DNA from: Macrostomum lignano
Taxonomy: Eukaryota
Direction: 5' to 3'
Assembly (NCBI GenBank): GCA_002269645.1
Contig: NIVC01004302.1
Location: 1-51,276 of the forward strand
Length of the DNA stretch: 51,276 bases
The position numbers and the translations under genes are program-made. The notes below the pieces were generated by a model that was given only the letters and a program-made list of their open reading frames with translations, was not told the DNA's origin and searched no databases. Positions 27,401-39,769 of the stretch are shown here, one piece after another. Numbering within the stretch: the stretch's first letter is position 1; every line of letters starts with the position of its first letter.

Positions 27401-30400
27401 TGGATATCAATCGTTATTTTATTTTAATTAGTTAATGTCATGCCTTATTTCTAGACTAACCAATTGGAGTTAGTCGTTCAATCCTTATCAATCCTTGTTC
27501 GATCCCTATCAATCTTTGTTCAATCCTTATATATCTTTGTTCAATCCCTATCAATCTTTGTTCAATCCTTATCAATATTTGTTCAATCTTTATCAATCCT
27601 TGTTCGATCTACGGTATCTTTGTTCAATCCCTATCTATCCTTGTTCAATCCTTATCAATCCTTGTTCAATCCTTGTCAATCCTTGTTCAATCTATCTTTG
27701 TTCAATCCCTATCTATCTTTGTTCAATCGTTATCTATCTTTGTTGAATCTTTATCAATCTTTGTTCACTCCTTATCCATTCTTGTTCAATCCTTATCAAT
27801 CCTTGTTCGATCCCTATCAATCTTTGTTCAATCCTTATATATCTTTGTTCAATCTTTATCAATCTTTGTTCAATCCTTATCAATCCTTGTTCAATCTATC
27901 TTTGTTCAATCCCTATCAATCTTTGTTCAATCCTTATCAATATTTGTTCAATCTTTATCAATCATTGTTCGATCTATCTTTGTTCAATCCTTATCTATCT
28001 TTGTTCAATCTTTATCAATCCTTGTTCAATCTATCTTTGTTCAATCCTTGTTCAATCTATCTTTGTTCAATCCTTATCTATCTTTGTTCAATCTTTATCA
28101 ATCCTTGTTCAATCCCTATCTATCTTTGTTCAATCCTTATCAATCCTTGTTCTTCCCTATCAATCTTTGTTCAATCCTTATCACTATTTGTTCAATCTTT
28201 ATCAATCCTTGTTCGATCTATCTTTGTTCAATCCCCATCTATCCTTGTTCAATCCTTATCAATCCTTGTTCAATCCTTGTCAATCCTTGTTCAATCCTTG
28301 TCAATCCTTGTTCAATCTATCTTTGTTCAATCCCCATCTATCTTTGTTCAATCCCTATCTATCCTTGTTCAATCCTTATCAATCCTTGTTCAATCCTTGT
28401 TAATCCTTGTTCAATCTATCTTTGTTCAATCCCTATCTATCTTTGTTCAATCGTTATCTATCTTTGTTGAATCTTTATCAATCTTTGTTCACTCCTTATC
28501 CATTCTTGTTCAATCCTTATCAATCTTTGTTCAATCCTTATCAATCTGTCTTAGAAAAAAGTTTGAGCTGTTAAAGCATTGGAGTGAATTTTCCCCACAC
28601 TTTGTTTAACTGTCGTTACTGCATACGTTAACAAACAAAATTACTAGCAGCTCAATTTCAAATGCATCCAGCCAGAGGATGGGCTCCGCCTTCAACTCGC
28701 AGCAGGAGTCAATCGCTCGAACTGACGGCGCCAACGTCAGCGAGTCCGGCGCTGGCGGTGGCGGCCTGGCCGGGGTGTACTTCGACCGAAGCGAGTTTCG
28801 GGCCAACAGGCAGATGCGGCTGCCGGCCGAGGCCAGACGAATCCTGCGCAAGAGATGGGATGACCGGAGCGAGGCGGAGGTCAACTATGTGAGTCTGGCC
28901 GCTTTCATCGGCTCATTTACATCATTCACAATGATCAACCTACCATGGTCACTTAGAAGAATGAAGATTCCATCAGATCATAGAGGCTTCAATCAGGTCA
29001 TTATAATGTACATAGGTGGCTTCCATCAGGCGGCTGAAGTCATCGAGGGCCCTCTTGTTATTGTAGGCTACACTGTACTACTGTCAGATGGTCACTAAGA
29101 TAGTGTCGACTCCTTGTCACTGATTTTTAGCGAATAATAGTGTTTTAAGAGCTAAACTCCACCTATACCATGCATCTGAATCTAGACTGTCATAGCCCTG
29201 CGCAGCGTGCAGCAAATTGCCGACTATCCCGTCAGAATGCAAAGGAATTTGGCTCGCCACGGCATGCTGGAAAGGTGCAGCAAAATGTTTTTTGGTGGCT
29301 ATTTACTTTACTTCCCTTTAAAGTAGTGTAGTTTGAACATAAATTCTAAACTTTGCAGCTTCAATCCGGGCCGAATTATTGTGCGCCAGTCGGACCCGGC
29401 GCAGGCTTTTTATTTTATTCTGTTCGGAACTGGTGAGTTCAACTTTTATGCCGCTAATTGAAGCTTCCGTCTGGTCATTGAGTTGCTTCCATCTGGTCAT
29501 TGAGGGTTGCTTCGATCTAGTCATCGAGGGTTGCTTTCATCTGGTCATTGAGGGTTGCTTCGATCTGGTCATTGAAGGTTGCTTCCGTTTGGTCATTCAA
29601 GGTTGCTTCCATCTAGACATTGAGGGTTGCTTCGATCTGGTCATCGAGGGTTGCTTTCATCTGGTCATTGAGGGTTGCTTCGATCTGGTCATCGAGGGTT
29701 GCTTCGATCTGGTCATCGAGGGTTGCTTCCATCTGGTCATCGAGGGTTGCTTTCATCTGGTCATTGAGGGTTGCTTTCATCTGGTCATCGAGGGTTGCTT
29801 TCATCTGGTCATTGAGGGTTGCTTCCGTTTGGTCATTGAAGGTTGCTTCCATCTGGACATTGAGGGTTGCTTCGATCTAGTCATCGAGGGTTGCTTTCAT
29901 CTGGTCATTGAGGGTTGCTTCGATCTGGTCATCGAGGGTTGCTTTCATCTGGTCATTGAGGGTTGCTTCGATCTGGTCATCGAGGGTTGCTTTCATCTGG
30001 TCATCGAGGGTTGCTTCGATCTGGTCATCGAGGGTTGCTTTCATCTGGTCATTGAGGGTTGCTTCGATCTGGTCATTGAAGGTTGCTTCCATCTGGTCAT
30101 TTAGGTTTGCTTCCATCTGGTCATTGAGGGTTGCTTCCATCTATTTAATGAAGGTTGCTTCCGTCTGGTCATTAAATTGAAGGTTGCTTTCATCTGGTCA
30201 TTGAGGGTTGCTTCGATCTGGTCAGTGAGGGTTGCTTCGATCTGGTCATCGAGGGTTGCTTTCATCTGGTCATTGAGGGTTGCTTCGATCTGGTCATCGA
30301 GGGTTGCTTTCATCTGGTCATTGAGGGTTGCTTCGATCTGGTCATCGAGGGTTGCTTCGATCTGGTCATTGAAGGTTGCTTCCGTTTGGTCATTCAAGGT

Positions 30401-33400
30401 TGCTTCCATCTGGACATTGAGGGTTGCTTCGATCTAGTCATCGAGGGTTGCTTTCATCTGGTCATTGAGGGTTGCTTCGATCTGGTCATCGAGGGTTGCT
30501 TTCATCTGGTCATTGAGGGTTGCTTCGATCTGGTCATCGAGGGTTGCTTTCATCTGGTCATTGAGGGTTGCTTCGATCTGGTCATTGAAGGTTGCTTCCG
30601 TTTGGTCATTCAAGGTTGCTTCCAGCTGGACATTGAGGGTTGCTTCCGCTTGTCAATGAGGGTTGCTTCCATCTGGTCATTTAGGTTTGCTTCCGTTTGG
30701 TCATTGAGGGTTCCTTCCGTCTTGTCAATGAGGGTTGCTTCGATCTGGTCATTGAGGGTTGCTTCGATCTGGTCATTGAAGGTTGCTTCCGTTTGGTCAT
30801 TCAAGGTTGCTTCGATCTGGTCATTTAGGTTTGCTTCCGTTTGGTCATTGAGGGTTCCTTCCGTCTTGTCATTGAGGGTTGCTTCCATCTATTTAATGAA
30901 GGTTGCTTCCGTCTGCTCATTAAGGGTTGCTTCCGTCTGGTCATTAAATTGAGGGTTGCTTCCATCTGGTCATTGAGGGTTGCTTCCATCTGGTCATTGA
31001 GGGTTCCTTCCGTCTTGTCAATGAGGGTTACTTCCATCTGGTCATTGAGGGTTGCTTCCATCTATTTAATGAAGGTTGCTTCCGTCTGGTCATTAAGGGT
31101 TGCTTCCGTCTGGTCATTAAATTGAGGGTTGCTTCCATCTGGTCATTAAGGGTTGCTTCCGTCTAGTCATTGAGGATTGCTTCCATTTGATCGTTGAAAG
31201 GGATAATTGCTTTCATCTAGTCATAGGCAGCGACTTCCATTTGCTGGTCTTATTGTGTCTTCCGTCTGCTCATTGATTCCACATATTCATTAGAACGGGT
31301 TGGTGCTCTGAAATTTAGCATTTCGTCAAGGTCATTGTGGTCGCTGTCAAGAGCTACTCACAAAGTGTGTACTATCCGGTACCTGACCCACTTCTTGTCA
31401 TTGTTGCTAAAGAAACGTGATTGGGAAGAGCAGTCGGTAACGCCACTGAACCAGTGTCGGCGCATCTATTCATCCGCTCTAGCAGTGTTTAGCCCGCACT
31501 TCCTGGAATTGGAGCTTGATAAAGAATACCTCTGCGGCTCTTTTTTACCTACAATTCTTCCCCAAACCCCCCGACTCCAAGTGATGGTGGCGGTCCTGGA
31601 TGCCGCAGCCGAGGCCGCTCAGACAGTTGTAGAACTGCAGCGTGGCGACAGCTTTGGCGAACTGGCCATCATGAATCGGAGCCGCCGGCAGAGCACAGTG
31701 ATCAGCAGGACTGACTGCGACCTGCTGTCCATCGGAGTCGACGTGAGTAGCTAGTTGCCATGGTTACGGCTGGGTAACTAGGGTTCGAATTTGATACCAA
31801 CGAAAATGACATCTACATGTACTAAGATACCCATGAAGCTATCTACTAAGATACCCATGAAGTAATCTAATAAGATACCCATGAAGCCATCTAATAAGAT
31901 ACCCATGAAGCCACCTACTAAGATACCCATAAAGACATCTGCTAGGATATCCATGAAGCCAACTACTAAGATACCCATGAAGCCATCTAATAAGATACCC
32001 ATTAGGCCATCTACTAAGATACCCATGAAGCCACTCACTAAGATACCCATAAAGGCATCTGCTATGATATCCATGAAGCCAACTACTAAGATACCCATGA
32101 AGCCATCTACTAAGATACCCATGAAGCCATCTAATAAGATACCCATGAAGCCATCTACTAAGATACCCATGAAGCCATCTCTACTAAGATACCCATGAAA
32201 CCATCTAATAAGATACCCATGCAACCATCTACTAAGATATCCATGAAGCCATCTAATAAGATACCCATGAAGTCATCTACTAAGATACCCATGAAGCCAA
32301 CTACTAAAATACCCATGAAGCCATCTAATAAGATACCCATGAAGCCATATAATAAGATACCCATGAAACCATCTACTAAGATACCCATGAAGTCATCTAA
32401 TAAGATACTCATGAAGCCATCTATTAAGATACCCATGAAGCCATCTGCTAAGACACCCATGAAACCATCTACTAAGCTACCCATGAAGCCATCTACTAAG
32501 ATACCCATGAAGCCATCTCCTAAGATACCCATGAAAGCTACCTGCTTACTACTATATTATATTATATTTGTTAATTCCAGGCGTACGAAGCGACTTTTAT
32601 GCAGGGCGGTCAGAAGACCTTAACAGACCCCGATCATAACCAGTTCATCGAGTGAGTCACTACTACTGTAACTACGGCTTCAAAATTATTTTTTCGCTAA
32701 ATAATAGTACAAGAATTGTATATCAAAAGTACTCTTTGTACTTTAAAATAATATTTCAGAAGCCTTGATTTCCTTCGCGGTTGGCCGAAGGAGTACCTCC
32801 AACTTCAGCACGATAAATTCCTGTTTTGCTACTTTAAGTAGGATTAGTCAATATGATCTTGTTTATTTTAATACAAACTGTTGTACAATGCAGCCTGATA
32901 TTGCATTTAAATATTTTTTCAGACGCTCATCAGTTATGATTAAAAACAGCAGCAAATCCAAATGGATTTATATATTAAAATCTGTGAGTGTACTACTGTC
33001 GCGAAATAGATATACTCGCCAAAGTAGAGGGATCGGGGTGGGGGAGAGCCATGGTAGAGACAGACCATAGTGAAGAGAGGGATCAGGGAGGGTAGCAAAG
33101 GAATCAGGGAGGGTAGCGAGGGATCAGGGAGTGTAGAGAGGGATTAGGGAGTGTAGTGAGGGATTAGGGAGTGTAAAGAGGGATCAGGGAGTGTAGAGAG
33201 GGATCAGGGAGTGTAGAGAGGCCAGTCGAGAGGGATCAGAGAGGGTTGAGAGGAATCAGGGAGGGTTGAGGGGGATCAGGGAGGGTTGAGGGGGATCAGG
33301 GAGGGTTGAGGGGGATCAGGGAGGGTTGAGGGGGATCAGGGAGGGTTGAGGGGGATCAGGGAGGGTTGAGGGGGATCAGGGAGGGTTGAGGGGGATCAGG

Positions 33401-35900
33401 GAGGGTTGAGGGGATCAGGGAGGGTTGAGGGGGATCAGGGAGGGTTGAGGGGGATCAGGGAGGGTTGAGGGGGATCAGGGAGGGTTGAGGGGGATCAGGG
33501 AGGGTTGAGGGGGATCAGGGGGTAGAGAGGGATCAGGGACGTAGAAGAGAGATCAGGGAGGGCAGGTGGGCGCATGCACAGCATAATATATCACGTTCTC
33601 CAAGCAAGCGCAAAGCTGTACCCGCCTCCGCTGCACTCCCACAGGGCAGCGCACGGGTGCTGCTGGTCCTGAACCGGGTGACATCGCAGGTAACGGGCCA
33701 GTCGGGCGCCCTGCAGTCGTCAGCGACTACATCATCGCTGCAGCGGCATCGTCTGCTTGCGGCCGGGGACCAAGAGGATGCAGATAGCGACGTGACTTCG
33801 TCTGTGTGGCTGGACGCTTTCTACGACAGCTCGGGCGTCTACTCGCCAGCTGGCATCGGCGCCAATTCAGCGCCCTATCCTCGGCGCCGACTATCGACTA
33901 GCGGAACTTCCAGCGCGGCGGAAAATTCCGAGCCGGCGACTATGATGTCGATGTCGACGCCGCCGGAGGCGCCCGCCGTTCTGTTGCCTCAGCGGCCGCT
34001 GACGTCACTACCGACAGACCGGTTGAGTCGAAATCGGCAGACTCTGCCGGCTTATCGGCAAGCCACGGTGAGCGTTTAGAGAACTTTTCTCCCTGTGTTT
34101 TTGGCTGTCTTCTGTCCCTCTGTCTTCTTTAAGCGACCCCTGTCTTCTTTAAGAGCCCCTGTCTTCTTTAAGCGCCCCTGTCCTTTAAGCGCCCCCTGTC
34201 TTCTTTAAGCGACCCCTGTCTTCTTTAAGAGCCCCTGTCTTCTTTAAGCGCCCCCCGTCCTTTAAGAGCCCCTGTCTTCTTTAAGCGCCCCCTGTCCTTT
34301 AAGAGCCCCTGTCTTCTTTAAGCGCCCATGTCCTTTAAGCGCCCCTGTCCTTTAAGCGCCCCTGTCTTCTTTAAGCGCCCCCTGTCCTTTAAGAGCCCCT
34401 GTCTTCTTTAAGCGCCCCTGTCCTTTAAGCGCCCCCTGTCTTCTTTAAGCGACCCCTGTCTTCTTTAAGAGCCCCTGTCTTCTTTAAGCGCCCCCTGTCT
34501 TCTTTTAGCGCCTTCTGTCTTAAAACGTCATCTGTCTTCTTCAAGCGCCTTCTGTCTTAAAACGTCATCTGTCTTCTTCAAGCGTCTCCCGTCTTCTTCA
34601 AGCAATTCCTGTCAAGAGATGATTCAACTAGATTATTTCGCTTTTCATGGCAACGTTAACTCTTTTTTTCTCTTCAGCCCAGCAATCGAACTTCAGCACA
34701 GTCAAGTAAGTTAATAAGCTTTTCGAAAAATCATGCGGGGAAGTAGCCTCGAAATTTTAACACAAGTTCATGCCTGCCATTAAGGAGCAGACTCAGCGAT
34801 CGGTTCGGCAGACAGCAGCAAAACTACCAGCGGAAAAAATGGTGGAGTCAAAATGGGACGAAAGACATTCTATGACGATCTGGATGCTGGGCAAGTGGTG
34901 AGCAAAGTAACGCTGTCTTACTTTGAAGCCGTCAGTTTATAAAAGTGAGTCACTCGATTCCTAGCTGCTGCAGTACGATTGCCAGCTAGGGATTCCCAGA
35001 AATAGTATGATTGCCAGCTAGGGGATTCCCAGAAATAGTATGATTGCCAGCTAGGGGATTCCCAGAAGTAGTACGATTGTCAGCTAGGGGATTCCCAGAA
35101 GTAGTACGATTGTCAGCTAGGGGATTCCCAGAAATAGTATGATTGCCAGCTAGGGGATTCCCAGAAATAGTATGATTGCCAGCTAGGCGATTCCCAGAAG
35201 TAGTACGATTGTCAGCTAGGGGATTCCCAGAAGTAGTACGATTGTCAGCTAGGGGATTCCCAGCAACAGGAGAATTGCCAGCTAGGGGATTCCCAGCAAC
35301 AGGAGAATTGCCAGCTAGGGGATTCCCAGCCAACAGGAGAATTTCCAGCTAGGGGATTCCCAGCCAACAGGAGAATTTCCAGCTAGGGGATTCCCAGCCA
35401 ACAGGAGAATTTCCAGCTAGGGGATTCCCAGCAACAGAAGGATTGCAGGCCAGGAGATTCCAAGGAGAGGGGGGATTGACGGTCAGGGGATTCCCAGCAA
35501 CAGAGGGTTTTCCAGCCAGGGGATTTCCGCTTTAGTTGCTAAGCGGATGCTCAAAATGCCAATTTCCGGCTGCCCGCAGGAGCTGACCCACCAGCCGGAG
35601 TTCGTGCACATGCAGACCCTGACGCGGGGCGCGGTGTTCGGCCTGCAGGACCTGTTCAAACCCGACCAGCCCAGTCTGTGCGTGGTTAGCAACGGCGCCG
35701 AGTGCCTGCTGTTAGACAAAGCGTTCTTTCTCGAGCATTCGCCTCGCCAGCTGCTGGACCGGTTGCGCAACCGGGTGACTCACTATCCCAGCCGGGCGCA
35801 GCTGCAGACACGGCTGCAGGAGAGGGTCAACTGGGAGGCCTACAAGCAGCTGCTAGTGCGCGGCGCCGTCAGGCGGCAGAGCGATGGAGGGAAACGATGA
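24492..35900 (+). CDS. cyclic nucleotide-binding domain protein (CNBD2-like), 13 exons, 690 aa
   Basis: Exons 24492-24782, 25734-25885, 28678-28888, 29186-29274, 29359-29432, 31582-31742, 32581-32651, 32760-32837, 32923-32983, 33645-34067, 34678-34705, 34785-34897 and 35580-35900. All are GT-AG with consistent phases, totalling 2073 nt. cNMP-domain motifs FNPGRIIVRQSDPAQAFYFILFG and GDSFGELAIMNRSRRQSTV; a second degenerate domain runs FLRGWP...WIYILKSG...RGAVFGL. The exon 1-2 model is the least certain part. Confidence 0.88.
24805..25600. repeat. 23-bp G-rich minisatellite (CNBD intron 1)
   Basis: Unit GGGGAATTGTAGAGAATCGGGGA. It generates the spurious 358-aa PDSLQFPSPILYNSPPRF ORF on the minus strand. 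Confidence 0.95.
26269..26312 (-). ncRNA. minimal type I hammerhead ribozyme motif (PLE)
   Basis: Reverse-complement copy of 26897-26940. Confidence 0.65.
26897..26940 (+). ncRNA. minimal type I hammerhead ribozyme motif (PLE)
   Basis: CTGACGA (26903) + T + stem II GCAC-CATGGC-GTGC + GAAAC-GC-GTT, predicting cleavage after GUU. The palindromic ACGCGT stem III is typical of minimal PLE hammerheads; stem I is weak. Confidence 0.65.
27016..27379 (+). mobile_element. internally deleted Tc1/mariner (mariner-type) element
   Basis: 26-bp TIRs CGAGGGGTGATCAAAAAGTT(C/T)TGCAA flanked by TA on both sides. It retains a transposase C-terminus: GRPFSRMQDFAQAV...WCIRMRRCIDSGGNYFKGM*. Confidence 0.9.
27470..28550. 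repeat. about 21-bp degenerate minisatellite (CNBD intron 2)
   Basis: TCTTTGTTCAATCCTTATCAA with 12- and 16-bp variants. It produces the spurious SLSIFVQ ORFs. Confidence 0.95.
29455..31190. repeat. 24-bp minisatellite (CNBD intron 5)
   Basis: GAGGGTTGCTT(CG/TC)ATCTGGTCAT(T/C), about 70 copies. Confidence 0.96.
31754..31767. promoter_or_regulatory. RFX X-box
   Basis: GTTGCCATGGTTAC (reverse GTAACCATGGCAAC) fits the X-box consensus and lies 11 nt inside CNBD intron 6. Confidence 0.45.
31820..32540. repeat. 24-bp minisatellite (CNBD intron 6)
   Basis: AAGATACCCATGAAGCCATCTA(C/A)T tandem units. Confidence 0.96.
33075..33560. repeat. 20-bp G-rich minisatellite (CNBD intron 9)
   Basis: GAGGGTTGAGGGGGATCAGG, with a near-perfect central run. 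Confidence 0.95.
34100..34605. repeat. 17-20 bp minisatellite (CNBD intron 10)
   Basis: GCCCCTGTCTTCTTTAAGC and variants. Confidence 0.93.
34975..35520. repeat. 33-bp minisatellite (CNBD intron 12)
   Basis: GCCAGCTAGGGGATTCCCAGAAATAGTATGATT, grading into a CAACAGGAGAATT variant. Confidence 0.94.
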
Positions 35901-37221
35901 TCTTCAAATGAAAATAACAACTTATCAACAACATTTAATTTCGTGCGCAACGACAGGACTTTATGCGAATATCTAGATGTTTGCTCAACTGGAACTGATA
36001 ATTCCTTTTGCTCTACTCAGTCTCCTCTAACCATCTTCTTTACTTCTTATTACCTTCCTCTGCTCTCATCTCATCTCATCTCATCTTATCTTCTCTCCTC
36101 TCCTCTCATCTAATCTCTCCTTTCATCTCATAAACTCTCCTATTCTCTTCTCTCTCATCTCATCTCTCTTCTCTTATCTCCCACGTAGTGTACTCGTCTC
36201 ACCTAATATCTTATTATTCTCCTCTCTTTTCGCTCCCCGTTCTCCTTTCTCATTTCTGCTATGGCTTGGCCATAGATATGAATCCGAGCACAGGCTGCTC
36301 TTTATTTTTCTAACTTGAACTACTATGCGCATGCGTTAAAAAGTTAAGTTATATAAAAAGGAGAGCTCGGCTCAGAACTGAGCGAAAATATACGTAACCA
36401 GGCAGCTGCGAGCTGCAAATCCGACAACATCAGCCTCAGCCTCCGAAAGCCTCAGCCATAACAATTTCGTTTTTCACTTCACTCCTCCTCGACCAATTCA
36501 ATCACATCTTCTACTTGTTCCAAAAATTTTTTTGTTAAAATTCGTCAATATTTTCAAATAAGTTTTGTCCCTTGCTTCGTGCTGCCTTGTAAAATGGTTT
36601 AGCGGAAACTCAATAATTAATTTTTTTTTTTTAGAATTTTTGTGACGTAAAAATAACTATGCTTATTTTAAGTACCCGTACTATGTAAATATACGATTCT
36701 TAGAAAGACCCGAAATTTATTTATATAAAATTTAGTTAATTAAGTTTATTTAGTTATTTTAAAAAAGCAAATAACACAAACGCTCGATGTGACACATCTT
36801 TATTATTATTAAACAATAATACAAGTAATAAGTCGACAGAATGAATAAAAATAATTTATTAATAATAATTTTCAGTAGTCTGAGCTCGAGTCAAACTTGG
36901 ACCAGTCAGATGCAGAAGAAATGCAGTTGAATGAAATCAATACAAATTGAGCCAAATGAAACCATTGATCGCTTAATTTGTCCGTCAATAAGTCAAGCCA
37001 ATACGCATCGTACACAAAGAATCGATTAATCAATAAAGTTATCAACCAATCAACCAATCTATCTACCTGTCTATCAGCCAGTCAGTCAAATAATAGATTA
37101 ATTCAGCGTTCAATTCGTCATTAAACTTATCAACCCCAACCTATCAATCAAAAAATCAATAAATATATCCATGTAACCCAATCAGTCGATCAAAAATCTA
37201 TCATTTAATCTATAAGTTGAT

Positions 37222-37255
<34 letters not shown>

Positions 37256-37373
37256 CCACTCAATCAATCAGTCAATCAATCAGTCAATCAGTTAATCAAT
37301 CATTCTATCAATTAATCAATCAATCAATAAATCAATCAATGTTTTTACATCAATCAAACTATCAAACAATAAA

Positions 37374-39421
37374 TCAGGAGTGATTATGGCTCCAATCGTA
37401 GGGCAGGTAGGAGATTCTCGGCCGGCCCCCGGTCGCCCGCAAGGCCGCCTCCACGGCCTCCCGTTTGCCGCCCGGTGGCAGGTGCTCGGCCACCCAGGCC
37501 GCGATGCTTCCGCCGGCCGAGTCAGCAAAATCGGCCGAGTACCAGCGGAACAGGGCCGACAGGGCCAGCGAGCGACCGTCCTCGGACACCCGGACAGCAT
37601 CGTCGCCGGACAGGTAGGCCCGGCCGGCCATGAGCAGCTGGTCGCGCAGGCCGGCCGCCCTGTAGGCCCGGATTGGCGGGCAGCCGCGGGCGCCGCAGTT
37701 CAAAGCGAAGTGAATCAGCGGCTCCGGCCGGTCGAGCGGCACCGCCCGACGGCGCGGGTCGGACCGGCCAAACGGCGCCCGGAGGAGGCCGGGACCGCGC
37801 CGATTGGCTCGAAGGACGCCGTGCTCGATGTCCAGCAGCGAGTAGCTCTGGCCGCCGATGATGTAGGCGGAGCCGGCGAAGAATCTGTAGCGGCTCCACA
37901 GGCTGGTCGGCGCCCCCCTGGCCAGCTTGGCGTGCAGCACCAGGGCATTGTAGACGTTGATGAAGAAGGCCAGGCGCTCGTCTGGGCTCCCAGCCTCCGG
38001 GTTGACTCGCTGCAGCCGGCGAGCCAGCAGGCGGTAGGCGGCGAACTGCTCGGACTCGGCCAGCTTGCCGTAGTCCACCTGGGCGGGGCGGGGTGGGTGG
38101 AGACTGAGGTCATGAAACTTCAAATCTCAAATATAGCTGTTGAATTTTGGATAAATAATGCTTATTAATTATTACTTTAATTACAAGCTCGAAACTTCGC
38201 GAGTTCAAAGAGAACAATTATGAGGGCCGACCCCCCCCTCCAAAGCACAGAGAGTGTACATGCCTGACGATTAGAAAGTCAGGGCCGCTGTGCACCCTGT
38301 GTGAGTGCCTGCCTGCGTACAGCATTGGCGTGCTTGCGTGTGCTCAGGAGTCAGCGGAATGGGCAGAATGGCCTCAGCGCTGAGATCTGGGACGATGTCG
38401 CCGAAGGCGTTGCGTCAGGGTGCCCGGAACCCACGTGTAAAAAATTATTATTAATTACAAGAGATTCACAAGTAGGAAACTTTGATAGATGTGATCGATG
38501 ATGTGAGAGTTCGAGCTTGTAAAATTTCCTTGCGCCCAAAGTGCCCGCCAGCCAACAAGCGGCGCTGCTCACACTGCGGCCATCCTGGCTGATGCACAGG
38601 CCCTGGATCTCCAGCATGAGGCAGCGCAGCTGTTCACCAATCGTCGACAGGCTGTCCGGCGGCCGGCAGCGCCAATCGGCGGCGTCGGCGTTCAACGCGC
38701 CGCTGCCGAGCCAATCAGCGTCCAACGGACGGTACAGCGCGTCGGCGTTCTCCACGGCTAGCCCATCGCTGTCGCCGTCGCCGTTGCCGTAGACTCGCCG
38801 ACAGAGGCCGCCGCTAAGCAGGAGGTCGCCAATTCGGCGAATCCGTTCGGCACTCCAGACGTGCTGCTGGGCGGCCCAGCGCGCGAAGCCGGCGCCGGTG
38901 AAGGTGCGCGGGTAGCGCCAGAAGCACCGCCAGTGAGTGCCAAAGGCAGCAGCGTCCGCATTATCAGCGGAGGCGACGTCGGAGTCGAGACGCATCGCCT
39001 CGAGCGCCGCGGCAGCTTCGTCCAGTTCGCACGGCAGCAAACGATCGAGTATGTCGTCGGCGAGGTCGGCAGCCGCGGGGTCGATGTCGGCCGGCCCGGG
39101 TAGCGGCGGCCGCAGACCGTCGGGTGCCGCCGCGTGCTCCTTCTGCAGCTGGTCGAGAGTCGCCAGCCGCAGGCTGTCGGCGCCGCCGATGCAACGGCCG
39201 CCGAGGAAGACGAGCGGAGCGGCGGCTGCTCGACCTTCAGCTCGGCGCAGGACCTCGTCGATGAAGGCGGGCAGGCAGCGGTCGAGTCGCACAACGTTGG
39301 CGGAGAGACGGAGGCTCTGCAGGGCCGCCTGGGCCGCGGCGCAGCTGGGGCAGCCGGCCGTCGTGTACAGCGTGACCTCCGGCATGTCTCCGGTGTCAAT
39401 TATTGGCTCGGCGGAGGTCAT
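37374..39421 (-). CDS. glutaredoxin-DEP-DUF547 domain protein, 2 exons, 517 aa
   Basis: Exons 39421-38573 and 38078-37374, joined in phase 0 (QDGRS|VDYGKL). N-terminal Grx (TLYTTAGCPSC...PLVFLGGRCIGG), a DEP-like region (TFTGAGFARW...GDLLLSGGL), and DUF547 (LAFFINVYNALVLH, SLLDIEHGVLR, PLIHFALNCGARGCPP, LFRWYSADF, YLPYDWSHN). An upstream exon is possible (acceptor AG at 39450-39449). Confidence 0.9.
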
Positions 39422-39769
39422 GCCAGCAGGTGTTGATTGCGTCTGTAGCTGAAAATTTATAAATAATATCCTACTATACTACTGACTTGGCTTGCTTTCT
39501 ATCATTGGAGGTAGCATGCAAGTAGGCTATTTTTATATATTTAGAGTTTAAAGATGCATTGCTGCATGGTAGCGGCTTTTGTGAATCTATCGCTAATGTT
39601 AAATCAATAAATCAATAAATAAATCAAACACTCAATGAATTAATGAGTCAGGTATGTGATTGGCTACCAGCCAATAATTACTGTAGTCATCGCTAAGTAA
39701 ATAAATCTATCAATTAAATAATTAATCAATCATTAGTCAACCCATCACGTAAATTATTTGATTAATAAG

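Noticed and set aside
24564-32623. Long repeat-rich ORFs of 358, 381, 241 and 188 aa as novel repetitive proteins
   Set aside because: They lie entirely within minisatellites inside introns of a well-phased 13-exon gene; units lacking stops give open frames by chance.
36320-36600. NRF1-like TGCGCATGCG site and adjacent GC-richer stretch as another gene start
   Set aside because: No supportable ORF or exon chain follows in either direction.
38263-38283. CTGACGA...GAAA as another hammerhead
   Set aside because: No stem II between the core halves; it is simply a CCTGAC/GTCAGG hairpin.
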